From positions 98,460-162,459 of the forward strand of contig SDNP01000001.1 in assembly GCA_004524445.1 (NCBI GenBank): a stretch of DNA of 64,000 bases, written 5' to 3'. This stretch comes from Candidatus Thorarchaeota archaeon (GTDB lineage: Archaea > Asgardarchaeota > Thorarchaeia > Thorarchaeales > Thorarchaeaceae). Positions within the stretch are counted from its first letter, which is position 1, and each line of letters begins with the position of its first letter. Both the position numbers and the translations under genes were made by a program. A model generated the notes under the pieces. That model made no database searches and was not told where the DNA came from. It saw only the letters and a program-made list of their open reading frames with translations. Shown piece after piece: positions 39,902-48,000 of this stretch.

Positions 39902-40324
39902 ATGTCACGTAAAGTTGGAAGAGGAATTCGGAAATTTATTCCCAGGATTGCCAGAGGACTTCCTATTGGAGCCAAAATACATTGCGCTGATAATTCAGGA
40001 GCTAGAGAATTGCAGATTATCGCTGTGTTTGGTTACAAGGGTAATGTACGCAAACTTGCGAAGGCTGGTGTCGGAGATCAAATCAACGTGGCTGTCACGA
40101 AAGGTAAACAAGATTTGCGAAAGCAGGTCCTGCAAGCCATAATTGTTCGCCAAAGAAAACCTTACCGTCGACCCGATGGATCCTGGATTCAGTTTGAAGA
40201 TAATGCAGCAGTTTTGATCAAACCAGGAGGGGAACCTCAAGGTTCTGAGTTGAGAGGCCCAATGGCCCGAGAAGTCACCTTACGATGGCCAAGAGTTGCA
40301 GCGATTGCTTCCAAGATTGTATGA
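39902..40324 (+). CDS. rpl14: ribosomal protein uL14
   Basis: CADNSGA, RQRKPYRR.DG and FEDNAAV. Confidence 0.97.
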   Translation: MSRKVGRGIRKFIPRIARGLPIGAKIHCADNSGARELQIIAVFGYKGNVRKLAKAGVGDQINVAVTKGKQDLRKQVLQAIIVRQRKPYRRPDGSWIQFEDNAAVLIKPGGEPQGSELRGPMAREVTLRWPRVAAIASKIV

Positions 40325-40335
40325 GGTGTAAATAA

Positions 40336-40722
40336 ATGACAAAGAAAAGCAGTTCAAAATCTCCACGAAAACAGAGACGTCGTATATACAAGTCTCCCAT
40401 TCATAGTCACAAGAATATGCTGAAATGCAGACTTGATGAGTTTCTGCGAGAAGAATATGCAATGAGGTCGCTAGTTCCGAAGAAAGGCGACTTAGTTCGA
40501 ATCATGAGGGGGCAATTTAGAGAAACTGAAGGAAAAATAATTCGCGTCGATTATCGAAACGTACGCGTTTACATTGATAGCGCGACGACTACTAAGGCTG
40601 ATGGGAAGGAGGCGCAGATTCCTATTCACCCATCAAATCTAATGTTAGTTGAATTAGAACTTGATGACAATCGCAGAGAGATCATTGAACAGAAGACGCT
40701 GAAGATGGCGGAGAGTGAATAG
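40336..40722 (+). CDS. rpl24: ribosomal protein uL24
   Basis: PRKQR, GDLVRIMRG KOW motif, IHPSN. Confidence 0.95.
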   Translation: MTKKSSSKSPRKQRRRIYKSPIHSHKNMLKCRLDEFLREEYAMRSLVPKKGDLVRIMRGQFRETEGKIIRVDYRNVRVYIDSATTTKADGKEAQIPIHPSNLMLVELELDDNRREIIEQKTLKMAESE

Positions 40723-41478
40723 ATGGCACGAAGAGGTCAAAAGAAGCATTTGAAGAGGCTGCCTGCTCCTAGGCATTGGCCAATCAAAAGAAAGCATGGC
40801 AAATTTACAACTCGACCAATACCAGGTGCACACCCGAAAGAAGAGTGTCTGACATTAGCGATTCTTTTGAGAGAGGTACTGGGGCATGCCAAAAACATGC
40901 GCGAGGTTCGAGCTATACTATCAGGCGGACATGTATTGATTGATGGTGTACCGAGAAAGAATCCACGATTTCCTGTAGGCTTAATGGATACAATTCAGCT
41001 AGTTGGCTCTGGAGAACGCTACAGGTTACTCCCGAAGCGAAAGGGAGGTTTCAGACTTGTTGAGATTGATGAAGAAGCTGCAAGTATGAAACTAGGTAGA
41101 ATCGAGAAGAAAATGATGGTGCCTGGCGGAAGAATACAATTGAGTCTTCATGATGGTAGAAATATCCATTTACCTGAGGGTGCAAAATCATCCGATTACA
41201 ATACACTGGATACACTAGCCATAAGCGTGCCCGAACAAGAGATTCTAGAATCGATACCTCTAGAAGAGGGCAATTATGCCGTCGTATCTAAGGGCCGCAA
41301 CGTAGGAATTGAGGGAAAGGTCTTAGGTATCCAAAGGCGACTTGGCACACATACGAGCACCGTGACATTGCAAGCTCCAGACGGAAACAGATTCGAAACC
41401 GCCCTTGATTATGTCTTTATTGTTGGAAAGGATAAGTCAATGATTAAGCTTGGTTCAGCAGGAGGTATGTCTGAATGA
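40723..41478 (+). CDS. rps4e: ribosomal protein eS4
   Basis: HLKRLPAP..W, PGAH, FPVGLMD and HDGRN. Confidence 0.97.
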   Translation: MARRGQKKHLKRLPAPRHWPIKRKHGKFTTRPIPGAHPKEECLTLAILLREVLGHAKNMREVRAILSGGHVLIDGVPRKNPRFPVGLMDTIQLVGSGERYRLLPKRKGGFRLVEIDEEAASMKLGRIEKKMMVPGGRIQLSLHDGRNIHLPEGAKSSDYNTLDTLAISVPEQEILESIPLEEGNYAVVSKGRNVGIEGKVLGIQRRLGTHTSTVTLQAPDGNRFETALDYVFIVGKDKSMIKLGSAGGMSE

Positions 41479-42068
41479 GTGCTGAGAACGAAGCATTGCT
41501 AGAAAACGAAGAGCTGTATATCAAAGACTGGGAAACATATCCTATGCGAGAGCCTTTGATTTCAAAGGTTGTTGTTGACATGTGTACTGGTGCAGGTGAG
41601 CAACTGAATCGGGCTAGCACCATCTTAGAGGAACTCACGGACCAAACCCCGGTGCAGTCTCGTGCAAAACAAACAGTTCGTGAATTCGGTATTCGCCGTA
41701 GAGAACCAATTGCTGTACGTGTCACTCTTCGAGATGACAAGGCTACAGAATTCCTTGAAAAGGCTCTGAAGGCAAAAGATGAAGTGCTACTGATTAAGAA
41801 CTGGGACGACAGCGGGAATTTTGCATTTGGAATAAGTGAACATATCGATATACCTGATGTCAAATACGACCCAGAACTGGGAATTCAGGGAATGAACATC
41901 ACTGTTTGTGTGGAACGCCCTGGCTATCGAGTGAAGAGAAGGAGAAAACAAAGGGCGAAGATACCATACCGCCACAGATTGACTCCTGAAGAGAGCATGG
42001 TGTTCATCAAGAACAAGTTTGGAGTGGAAATACTCGAAAAGGAGAGAGAGCGCACATATCTATTCTGA
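41475..42068 (+). CDS. rpl5: ribosomal protein uL5
   Basis: FGIRR.EPI..RVTLR, GNFAFGISEHID and YDP.LGI.G. Confidence 0.96.
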   Translation: MSAENEALLENEELYIKDWETYPMREPLISKVVVDMCTGAGEQLNRASTILEELTDQTPVQSRAKQTVREFGIRRREPIAVRVTLRDDKATEFLEKALKAKDEVLLIKNWDDSGNFAFGISEHIDIPDVKYDPELGIQGMNITVCVERPGYRVKRRRKQRAKIPYRHRLTPEESMVFIKNKFGVEILEKERERTYLF

Positions 42069-42079
42069 GGTGAGCTATA

Positions 42080-42250
42080 ATGACCGCAAAGAAGAACAAA
42101 TCGAAAAGCAAGAAAAAGGTGGGCAAAGGCAGCAGAACATGCCGTCGTTGCGGAACACATCAAGCTATCATTAGGCGTTATGGTCTCAATATGTGCCGCC
42201 GTTGTTTCAGAGAAACTGCGGAAAAACTCGGTTTCAAAAAATACAGCTAG
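42080..42250 (+). CDS. rps14: ribosomal protein uS14, zinc-binding (56 aa, not in the ORF track)
   Basis: [11 protein letters not shown]...[25 protein letters not shown]; GAGGTGA RBS. Confidence 0.96.
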   Translation: MTAKKNKSKSKKKVGKGSRTCRRCGTHQAIIRRYGLNMCRRCFRETAEKLGFKKYS

Positions 42251-42268
42251 GGGAGGTATACAAGAAAT

Positions 42269-42661
42269 ATGACACTATTAGATCCATTGGCTGACGCGAT
42301 GTCGAGCATCTATAATAGCGAGCTTGTTGGTAAGCCCGAAATCATAGTGGCACCAGCATCAAGCTTGATTGAGAGAGTGCTGCGGGTTATGCAAGCCAAA
42401 GGTTACATTGGCGAATTTGAAACAATTGATGATGGAAAAGCGGGAAGGATTCGCATACAACTCATGGGTCGTACAAACCGATGTGGCGTCATCAAACCCC
42501 GATTTCCTGTCAAACGTGACGGATTTGAAAACTATGAGAAGAAATTTCTACCAGCTTACAACTATGGTATCCTTATTGTGACTACTCCACAAGGAGTAAT
42601 GACTCATGAAGAAGCCAAGAAACGTGGCATTGGTGGTAGACTATTAGCATATGTGTATTGA
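42269..42661 (+). CDS. rps8: ribosomal protein uS8
   Basis: [21 protein letters not shown] and GGRLLAYVY. Confidence 0.97.
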   Translation: MTLLDPLADAMSSIYNSELVGKPEIIVAPASSLIERVLRVMQAKGYIGEFETIDDGKAGRIRIQLMGRTNRCGVIKPRFPVKRDGFENYEKKFLPAYNYGILIVTTPQGVMTHEEAKKRGIGGRLLAYVY

Positions 42662-42676
42662 GGAGAGAACCGATCG

Positions 42677-43240
42677 ATGTCAATAAACGCAGCTTACGAG
42701 CAACGTATCGAGATACCAGATGACTGTGACGTCACTGTTAAAGAGAAAAAGGTAACAGTCACAGGACCATTAGGCACTCTTGAGCGTGAGTTTCCAGAAC
42801 TCATAGCAGATTTTGAGATTGATGGAAATGAATTAGTTGCTTATACCCAGGTATCTAGGAAGAAGACTCGTGCACTAGTAGGTTCTATAATAGCACATGT
42901 GAGAAATATGCTCACTGGTGTACAGCATGGTTACGAATACACCATGAAGATTGTATACAGCCACTTTCCACCAACCGTTAAAGATGAGGATGGCTTTGTC
43001 GTCATATCTAATTTCATAGGTGAGCGGGGTACACGTAGAGCCCGCAAGGTGGGCGATGTAGACATCAAAATCTCAGAAGATGAAGTCATAATCAGTGGCA
43101 TAAATATTGAGGATGTATCCCAAACAGCAGCTAACATTCAGAATTCCACCAAAATACGAAACAAAGATCGTCGTGTGTTTCTTGATGGAATCTATGTTTT
43201 AAAGAAGCGGAAAGGCACGGATGTGAAGTCTGTAGTATAG
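42677..43240 (+). CDS. rpl6: ribosomal protein uL6
   Basis: GPLG.L.R, YSHFP, NFIGE and DRRVFLDGIY. Confidence 0.96.
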   Translation: MSINAAYEQRIEIPDDCDVTVKEKKVTVTGPLGTLEREFPELIADFEIDGNELVAYTQVSRKKTRALVGSIIAHVRNMLTGVQHGYEYTMKIVYSHFPPTVKDEDGFVVISNFIGERGTRRARKVGDVDIKISEDEVIISGINIEDVSQTAANIQNSTKIRNKDRRVFLDGIYVLKKRKGTDVKSVV

Positions 43241-43252
43241 GAGGCGAAAAAG

Positions 43253-44602
43253 ATGACAAAGAAGCCAAAGATAACTGACATCCCGGGAATCGGAGAGAAG
43301 ATGGAAGAGAGCCTCCGAAACGCCGGAATAAAGACCGTCTTGAGTCTCTCAAAGGCAGATCCTGAGAAACTGGCTGCAAAAGTAGGTGGATTAGGGGTTT
43401 CTAGCGCTGAGGATTTCATAAGTGAGGCCAAAAAGCTACTACCTCAAGAAGAGCCGAGCAAAGAAAAGAAGACAGGGCTAGAAGATATTACTGGTGTTGG
43501 ACCAAAGACACAGGAATCTCTCAGAGCAGCTGGGTACGAAACAGTAGAAAAAATAGCAATAGCTGACCCAGTAGAGATTGCAGAAAAGGTTGAAGGTGTC
43601 GGTGATGCGACTGCAGATCAGATTGTAGAAGCAGCTCTTGAGCTGGTTCCTGATGACGTAAAGAAAAAGCGTAAACCAAGATTGAGTGACATAACTGGTG
43701 TCGGACCGAAGACGCAAGATGCACTCAGAACAGCCGGGTATAATACAGTAGAAAAAATCGCAATAGCTGAACCGGCCGATATCGCAGAGAAAGCCGATGG
43801 CATTGGGGATACTACTGCAGACCAGATTGTAGAAGCAGCTCTTGAGCTGGTTCCTGATGACGTAAAGAAAAAGCGTAAACCAAGATTGAGTGACATAACT
43901 GGTGTCGGACCAAAGACGCAAGACGCACTCAGAGCGGCTGGATATAAGACTGTATCAATGATAGCAAATGCTGATTCAGCAGAGATTGCAGAAAAGGTTG
44001 AAGGTGTCGGTGATGCGACAGCAGATAATATAGTTGAAGTAGCGCAATCACTGCTACCCACTAAGCTCAAAAAGAAGAAGGCCAAAAAGAAGCCAAAGAA
44101 GAAGGCCCCCAAGAAGAAAGAGAAGAAACCTGAATTTGAATTTGCAGGTGGCAAGGCAAGACACGACCAAAGGTTACTAAGAATTGCCGCCAGAAAGAAG
44201 AAACGCAAACCAAAGTTTCGGCATGAACAAGCTCACCGGTGGAAACGTGTCAGCGACAGCTGGCGGAAGGTCCGCGGTATTGATAGCGCGACACGTGAAA
44301 AGAAGAAGGGCAGACCAGCAATGGTTTCAGCAGGGTATAGAACCCCCAAGGAAATTCGTGGTCTGCATCCGTCCGGATACGAGGAAGTTCTGGTTCATCG
44401 CCCTGCTGATTTGGATGGATTGGACCCGGAGGTTCAAGCTATCAGAATTGGCGGAACAGTGGGAATGAAGAAACGGCAGGACATTCTAGACAAGGCCGAT
44501 ACAATGTTTCTCAGAGTCCTGAACCCAGGCGTACCTGAGGAGGTCATGGAAGAGGATCTATTCGAAGAACTTGAGGGCCTTGAAGACATGGAGGCTGAGT
44601 AG
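43253..44602 (+). CDS. rpl32e: ribosomal protein eL32 fused to four N-terminal helix-hairpin-helix domains
   Basis: four I.G(I/V)G.K...L..AG units, then KPKFRH...WRKVRGIDS, GYR.P...RGLHPSG. Confidence 0.93.
   Translation: MTKKPKITDIPGIGEKMEESLRNAGIKTVLSLSKADPEKLAAKVGGLGVSSAEDFISEAKKLLPQEEPSKEKKTGLEDITGVGPKTQESLRAAGYETVEKIAIADPVEIAEKVEGVGDATADQIVEAALELVPDDVKKKRKPRLSDITGVGPKTQDALRTAGYNTVEKIAIAEPADIAEKADGIGDTTADQIVEAALELVPDDVKKKRKPRLSDITGVGPKTQDALRAAGYKTVSMIANADSAEIAEKVEGVGDATADNIVEVAQSLLPTKLKKKKAKKKPKKKAPKKKEKKPEFEFAGGKARHDQRLLRIAARKKKRKPKFRHEQAHRWKRVSDSWRKVRGIDSATREKKKGRPAMVSAGYRTPKEIRGLHPSGYEEVLVHRPADLDGLDPEVQAIRIGGTVGMKKRQDILDKADTMFLRVLNPGVPEEVMEEDLFEELEGLEDMEAE
43487..44050 (+). repeat. 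204-nt tandem intragenic repeats (HhH units 2-4)
   Basis: units start at 43487, 43691 and 43895; 43619-43707 is identical to 43823-43911. Confidence 0.9.
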
Positions 44603-44604
44603 AC

Positions 44605-45057
44605 ATGAAACTCACTTCACAGAAACGACTCGCAGCAGACGTCATGAAGGTCGGAGTCTCTAGGGTCTGGATTGACCCAGATTTCCAAGACGAAGTATCG
44701 TTGGCAATTACAAAGGACGATATCCGTCGCTTGATTGACGAACGAATCATACAGAAGAAACAGAAGAAGGGTGTCAGCAGAGGACGAGCGCGTCACAAAT
44801 TACAACAGAAAAGAAAAGGACAGCGCAGAGGCCCGGGCAGAAAGAAGGGAAAGGCAACCTCAAAACTTTCCAAAAAGGACCGGTGGATGCATAAGATACG
44901 ACCGATGCGCCGCGAACTAAAGCGACTGAGGGATGAAGGTAAAATCTCAAAGGGCGCCTATCGTGAGTTGTACCTCAAGGCAAAAGGTAATGCATTTCGT
45001 AATACCGCCCATCTGCGAACATACATATCAGAACACAATTTGGGAGATGTTAAGTGA
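44605..45057 (+). CDS. rpl19e: ribosomal protein eL19
   Basis: QKRLAA..MKVG..RVWIDP, G.RRG.G..KG and YLKAKGN.F. Confidence 0.96.
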   Translation: MKLTSQKRLAADVMKVGVSRVWIDPDFQDEVSLAITKDDIRRLIDERIIQKKQKKGVSRGRARHKLQQKRKGQRRGPGRKKGKATSKLSKKDRWMHKIRPMRRELKRLRDEGKISKGAYRELYLKAKGNAFRNTAHLRTYISEHNLGDVK

Positions 45058-45812
45058 TGGCACAAGGTTCAACATACCGAGTGAAATTCCGAAGACGAAG
45101 AGAAGGAAAGACTAACTACTACCGTCGCCGTGGAATGTTGAAGTCCAAGCTACCTAGATTAGTAGTGCGGAAGACAAACACCAAAATTATCGCACAAGTT
45201 ATGACTGCGAAAGTGATTGGAGATGTCACAGAAGCATCAGCTATCTCCCCTGAACTGGAAAAATATGGTTGGGTGGCTGGCAAACGCAATTTACCAGCGG
45301 CTTATCTTACTGGATTACTTGTAGGCCTTCGTGCAAAGAGTCGAGGAATCGAAAAAGCTATCCTCGATATTGGTCTCAATACGCCTGTGAATGGTTCTAG
45401 AGTCTACGCTGCACTAAATGGAGCGCTTGATGCAGGATTGGATATCCCGCACAGTCCCGAGGTTCTGCCAGATGAGGACCGCCTCAAGGGCAGTCATATT
45501 GTGGAAAGCTTCAAGCACTTTGACTCAGAGGATAACGAAGGGAACATGTTCACCGAGATAGGTTCCAAAAAACGGAATATTACGAGTATACCCAAGACCT
45601 TTGAAGATGTGAAACAAGCGCTACTTGATATTCCAGAATCAGAATTGAAAAAGCGCAAGAAGAGCAAGAAACCTAAGAAGAAGCCCAAAGAGAAGAAGCC
45701 TAAGAAGAAGAAGCCCGACGAACGGCCTCCACGAGCGAAGCCAGAGAAACCTAAACCGAAGCGACTGACCTCGCGCGGCAAGGGCAAGAAAGGAAAGAAA
45801 AGAAATAGATAG
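45054..45812 (+). CDS. rpl18: ribosomal protein uL18 with a Lys-rich tail
   Basis: FRRRREGKTNY, RLVVRKTN, NLPAAYLTG and DAGLDIPH. Confidence 0.96.
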   Translation: MMAQGSTYRVKFRRRREGKTNYYRRRGMLKSKLPRLVVRKTNTKIIAQVMTAKVIGDVTEASAISPELEKYGWVAGKRNLPAAYLTGLLVGLRAKSRGIEKAILDIGLNTPVNGSRVYAALNGALDAGLDIPHSPEVLPDEDRLKGSHIVESFKHFDSEDNEGNMFTEIGSKKRNITSIPKTFEDVKQALLDIPESELKKRKKSKKPKKKPKEKKPKKKKPDERPPRAKPEKPKPKRLTSRGKGKKGKKRNR

Positions 45813-45824
45813 GAGTTATAGAAA

Positions 45825-46490
45825 ATGAGTAGACGAAGAGGACGTTCCAACTCCGACCGGGTTCAGGACTGGGAACCAAAGACAATCCTGGGCGAAATGG
45901 TCAAAGAGGGTCACATAAACAGCATTGAGGAAATTCTTGAAAACAACTATGTGATCCGTGAACCAGAGATTGTAGATTTGCTATTTCCAGATCTCAGGCA
46001 AGAGATTGTTGATGTATCTCTTGTACAAAGGCAGTCCGATAGCGGGCAGCAGAGAAGCTTCAGAATCACAGTGGTTGTTGGAAATGGTGAGGGCGTCATT
46101 GGTATTGGCATCGGGAAGGCACCTGAGTTTGTTCCCGCAATTCGTTCAGCTGAAGCACGAGCTAAGCTGAATATCACTGTCTTCAGAAGAGGATGTGGTT
46201 CTTGGGAATGCAGATGTGGTGAACCGCACAGCGTTCCATTTGCATCAAAAGGTAACACGGGGTCAGTGTCTGTCACATTGAAACCCGCCCCGAAAGGAAC
46301 TGGACTTGTCACAGCAGATGTTGGGAAAATTGTTCTAAGAATTGCGGGTCTTAATGATGTGTGGTCTTATACGAAGGGTCGTTCACGGACCTCTTCGAAT
46401 TTTGCCAAGGCCTTTGTTGATGCATTGACAAATACCTATCGGATGCTTCCTCCACAAGAATGGCAATATACAGGAGTGGCTGAAGAATGA
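45825..46490 (+). CDS. rps5: ribosomal protein uS5
   Basis: WEPKT.LG, RRGCGSWEC.CG and PAPKGTGL. Confidence 0.96.
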   Translation: MSRRRGRSNSDRVQDWEPKTILGEMVKEGHINSIEEILENNYVIREPEIVDLLFPDLRQEIVDVSLVQRQSDSGQQRSFRITVVVGNGEGVIGIGIGKAPEFVPAIRSAEARAKLNITVFRRGCGSWECRCGEPHSVPFASKGNTGSVSVTLKPAPKGTGLVTADVGKIVLRIAGLNDVWSYTKGRSRTSSNFAKAFVDALTNTYRMLPPQEWQYTGVAEE

Positions 46491-46969
46491 GCGAAAATAA
46501 GAATGCCATCCTGGCAATACGGGTGAGAGGTAGAGTTAGGGTTCGTCCACAAATACAAGACACACTGGACAAGCTCAAACTAATTCGACTACATCATGCT
46601 AGGTTGTTTGAAGATACCCCAAGTATTCGAGGAATGATCAATAAGGCAAAAGATTTCATTACTTGGGGTGAGGTTGACGAGGATACAATTTTGCAGCTTC
46701 TAACAAAAAGAGGACGTCTACCCGGAAACAGGCGTTTGTCAGATGCTTATGTTAAAAAGAACTCATCATACAAATCAATCAATGCACTTGCCAAAGCGCT
46801 TTTGGCAGGAGACGCAGACCTCTATGATGTGGAAGGACTGAAACCTGTGTTTCGCCTTACTCCCCCTTCTGGCGGTTTTAGTGGTTCGAAATACTATCAG
46901 ATTGGCAAGGGTGGTATCACGGGTTACCGCGGTCCTGAGATTAATGAGTTAGCCAAGCGAATGATATAG
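46487..46969 (+). CDS. rpl30: ribosomal protein uL30
   Basis: IRVRG, ITWGE, FRL.PP.GG and GYRG..IN.L..RMI. Confidence 0.95.
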   Translation: MSENKNAILAIRVRGRVRVRPQIQDTLDKLKLIRLHHARLFEDTPSIRGMINKAKDFITWGEVDEDTILQLLTKRGRLPGNRRLSDAYVKKNSSYKSINALAKALLAGDADLYDVEGLKPVFRLTPPSGGFSGSKYYQIGKGGITGYRGPEINELAKRMI

Positions 46970-46976
46970 TGTTAAG

Positions 46977-47528
46977 GTGATTGTAATGTCATGGGACGAA
47001 GATCCATTTGATGATGAAGAGAGAAGAAAGGCATTTCGACGTTGGTTCGGCGAGTTTCTACCCGAATCAATGTTCAAAGAGTTAGAAGAAATGATGGATC
47101 ATATGATGAACCAATTCGGAAATGGATCGTTTATGGACCCGCGCAAGATGGAGGAGTTCATGAACAACCCTCGTGGGACAAATCCGTTTGTCTTCGGTTT
47201 TTCTATGCAAATGGGCCCGGATGGCAAACCTGTCATTAGACGATTTGGAAACACTCCTCGGGGTGAAGGCCCTGTTATGGGACCAACACTGGAACCACTT
47301 GTTGACATTCTGGAAGAGGATGGAGAAATCATTGTTGTTGCTGAACTTCCCGGTGTAGATAAGAATGACATCAAAATCAGAATCAAGGGTCAACAACTTA
47401 CTATCGATGTTACAGACCCCAATAAACCATACCACAAGGAATTGGAACTACCCTCTAGGGTAGAGAAGGATGAAGCAACATCATCAATCCGCAATGGAGT
47501 ACTTGAAGTTAGACTGAAGAAGAAGTAG
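46977..47528 (+). CDS. small heat-shock protein (archaeal Hsp20)
   Basis: PFVFGFSM..GPDGKP..R.FGN, EPLVD, AELPGV and NGVLEV. Confidence 0.93.
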   Translation: MIVMSWDEDPFDDEERRKAFRRWFGEFLPESMFKELEEMMDHMMNQFGNGSFMDPRKMEEFMNNPRGTNPFVFGFSMQMGPDGKPVIRRFGNTPRGEGPVMGPTLEPLVDILEEDGEIIVVAELPGVDKNDIKIRIKGQQLTIDVTDPNKPYHKELELPSRVEKDEATSSIRNGVLEVRLKKK

Positions 47529-47545
47529 TAAAGGAGACTACAACA

Positions 47546-47998
47546 ATGCGTAAAAGAAAGAGCAAGAAGATCAATAAAATGCGCGGTCGTCGCGCGGCTG
47601 GATATGGTTTCAGTGCAGGTCATCGAGCCTCAGGACAGAGGGGAGGCGTAGGTAAGGCCGGCTCTAAAAAGCATCATTACATCAAAGTCATGCAGGAGAA
47701 TCCTCGCTATTTTGGGAAATGGGGATTTCAAAGACCTCAGCATCTAGTTGAGGATGTATCAGTCCTGAATATTGGAGAGATTGATGCATTAGCAGATCGC
47801 TTAGTAAAACAAGGTCATGCAGAGAAGAAGGGTAAAGAGTATACGGTTGATGTCAAGTCTATGGGCGTCAACAAAGTTCTTGGCTCAGGAAAAGTAACCC
47901 GCAAGATCAATCTCATCAATCTAGATGATATAAGTGAGAATGCAAAAGAAAAAGTACTCGAGGCAGGCGGTTCTGTGGACCTGGGTGAAGAGAGCTAG
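47546..47998 (+). CDS. rpl15: ribosomal protein uL15
   Basis: RG.R..GYG..HR.SG..GG.G.AG..KHH, FGK.GF and KVLGSG. Confidence 0.95.
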   Translation: MRKRKSKKINKMRGRRAAGYGFSAGHRASGQRGGVGKAGSKKHHYIKVMQENPRYFGKWGFQRPQHLVEDVSVLNIGEIDALADRLVKQGHAEKKGKEYTVDVKSMGVNKVLGSGKVTRKINLINLDDISENAKEKVLEAGGSVDLGEES

Positions 47999-48000
47999 TT

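Noticed and set aside
43478-44208. Long antisense ORFs over rpl32e, and similar shadow ORFs elsewhere
   Set aside because: They are by-products of repeats and codon bias on the strand opposite well-supported genes.
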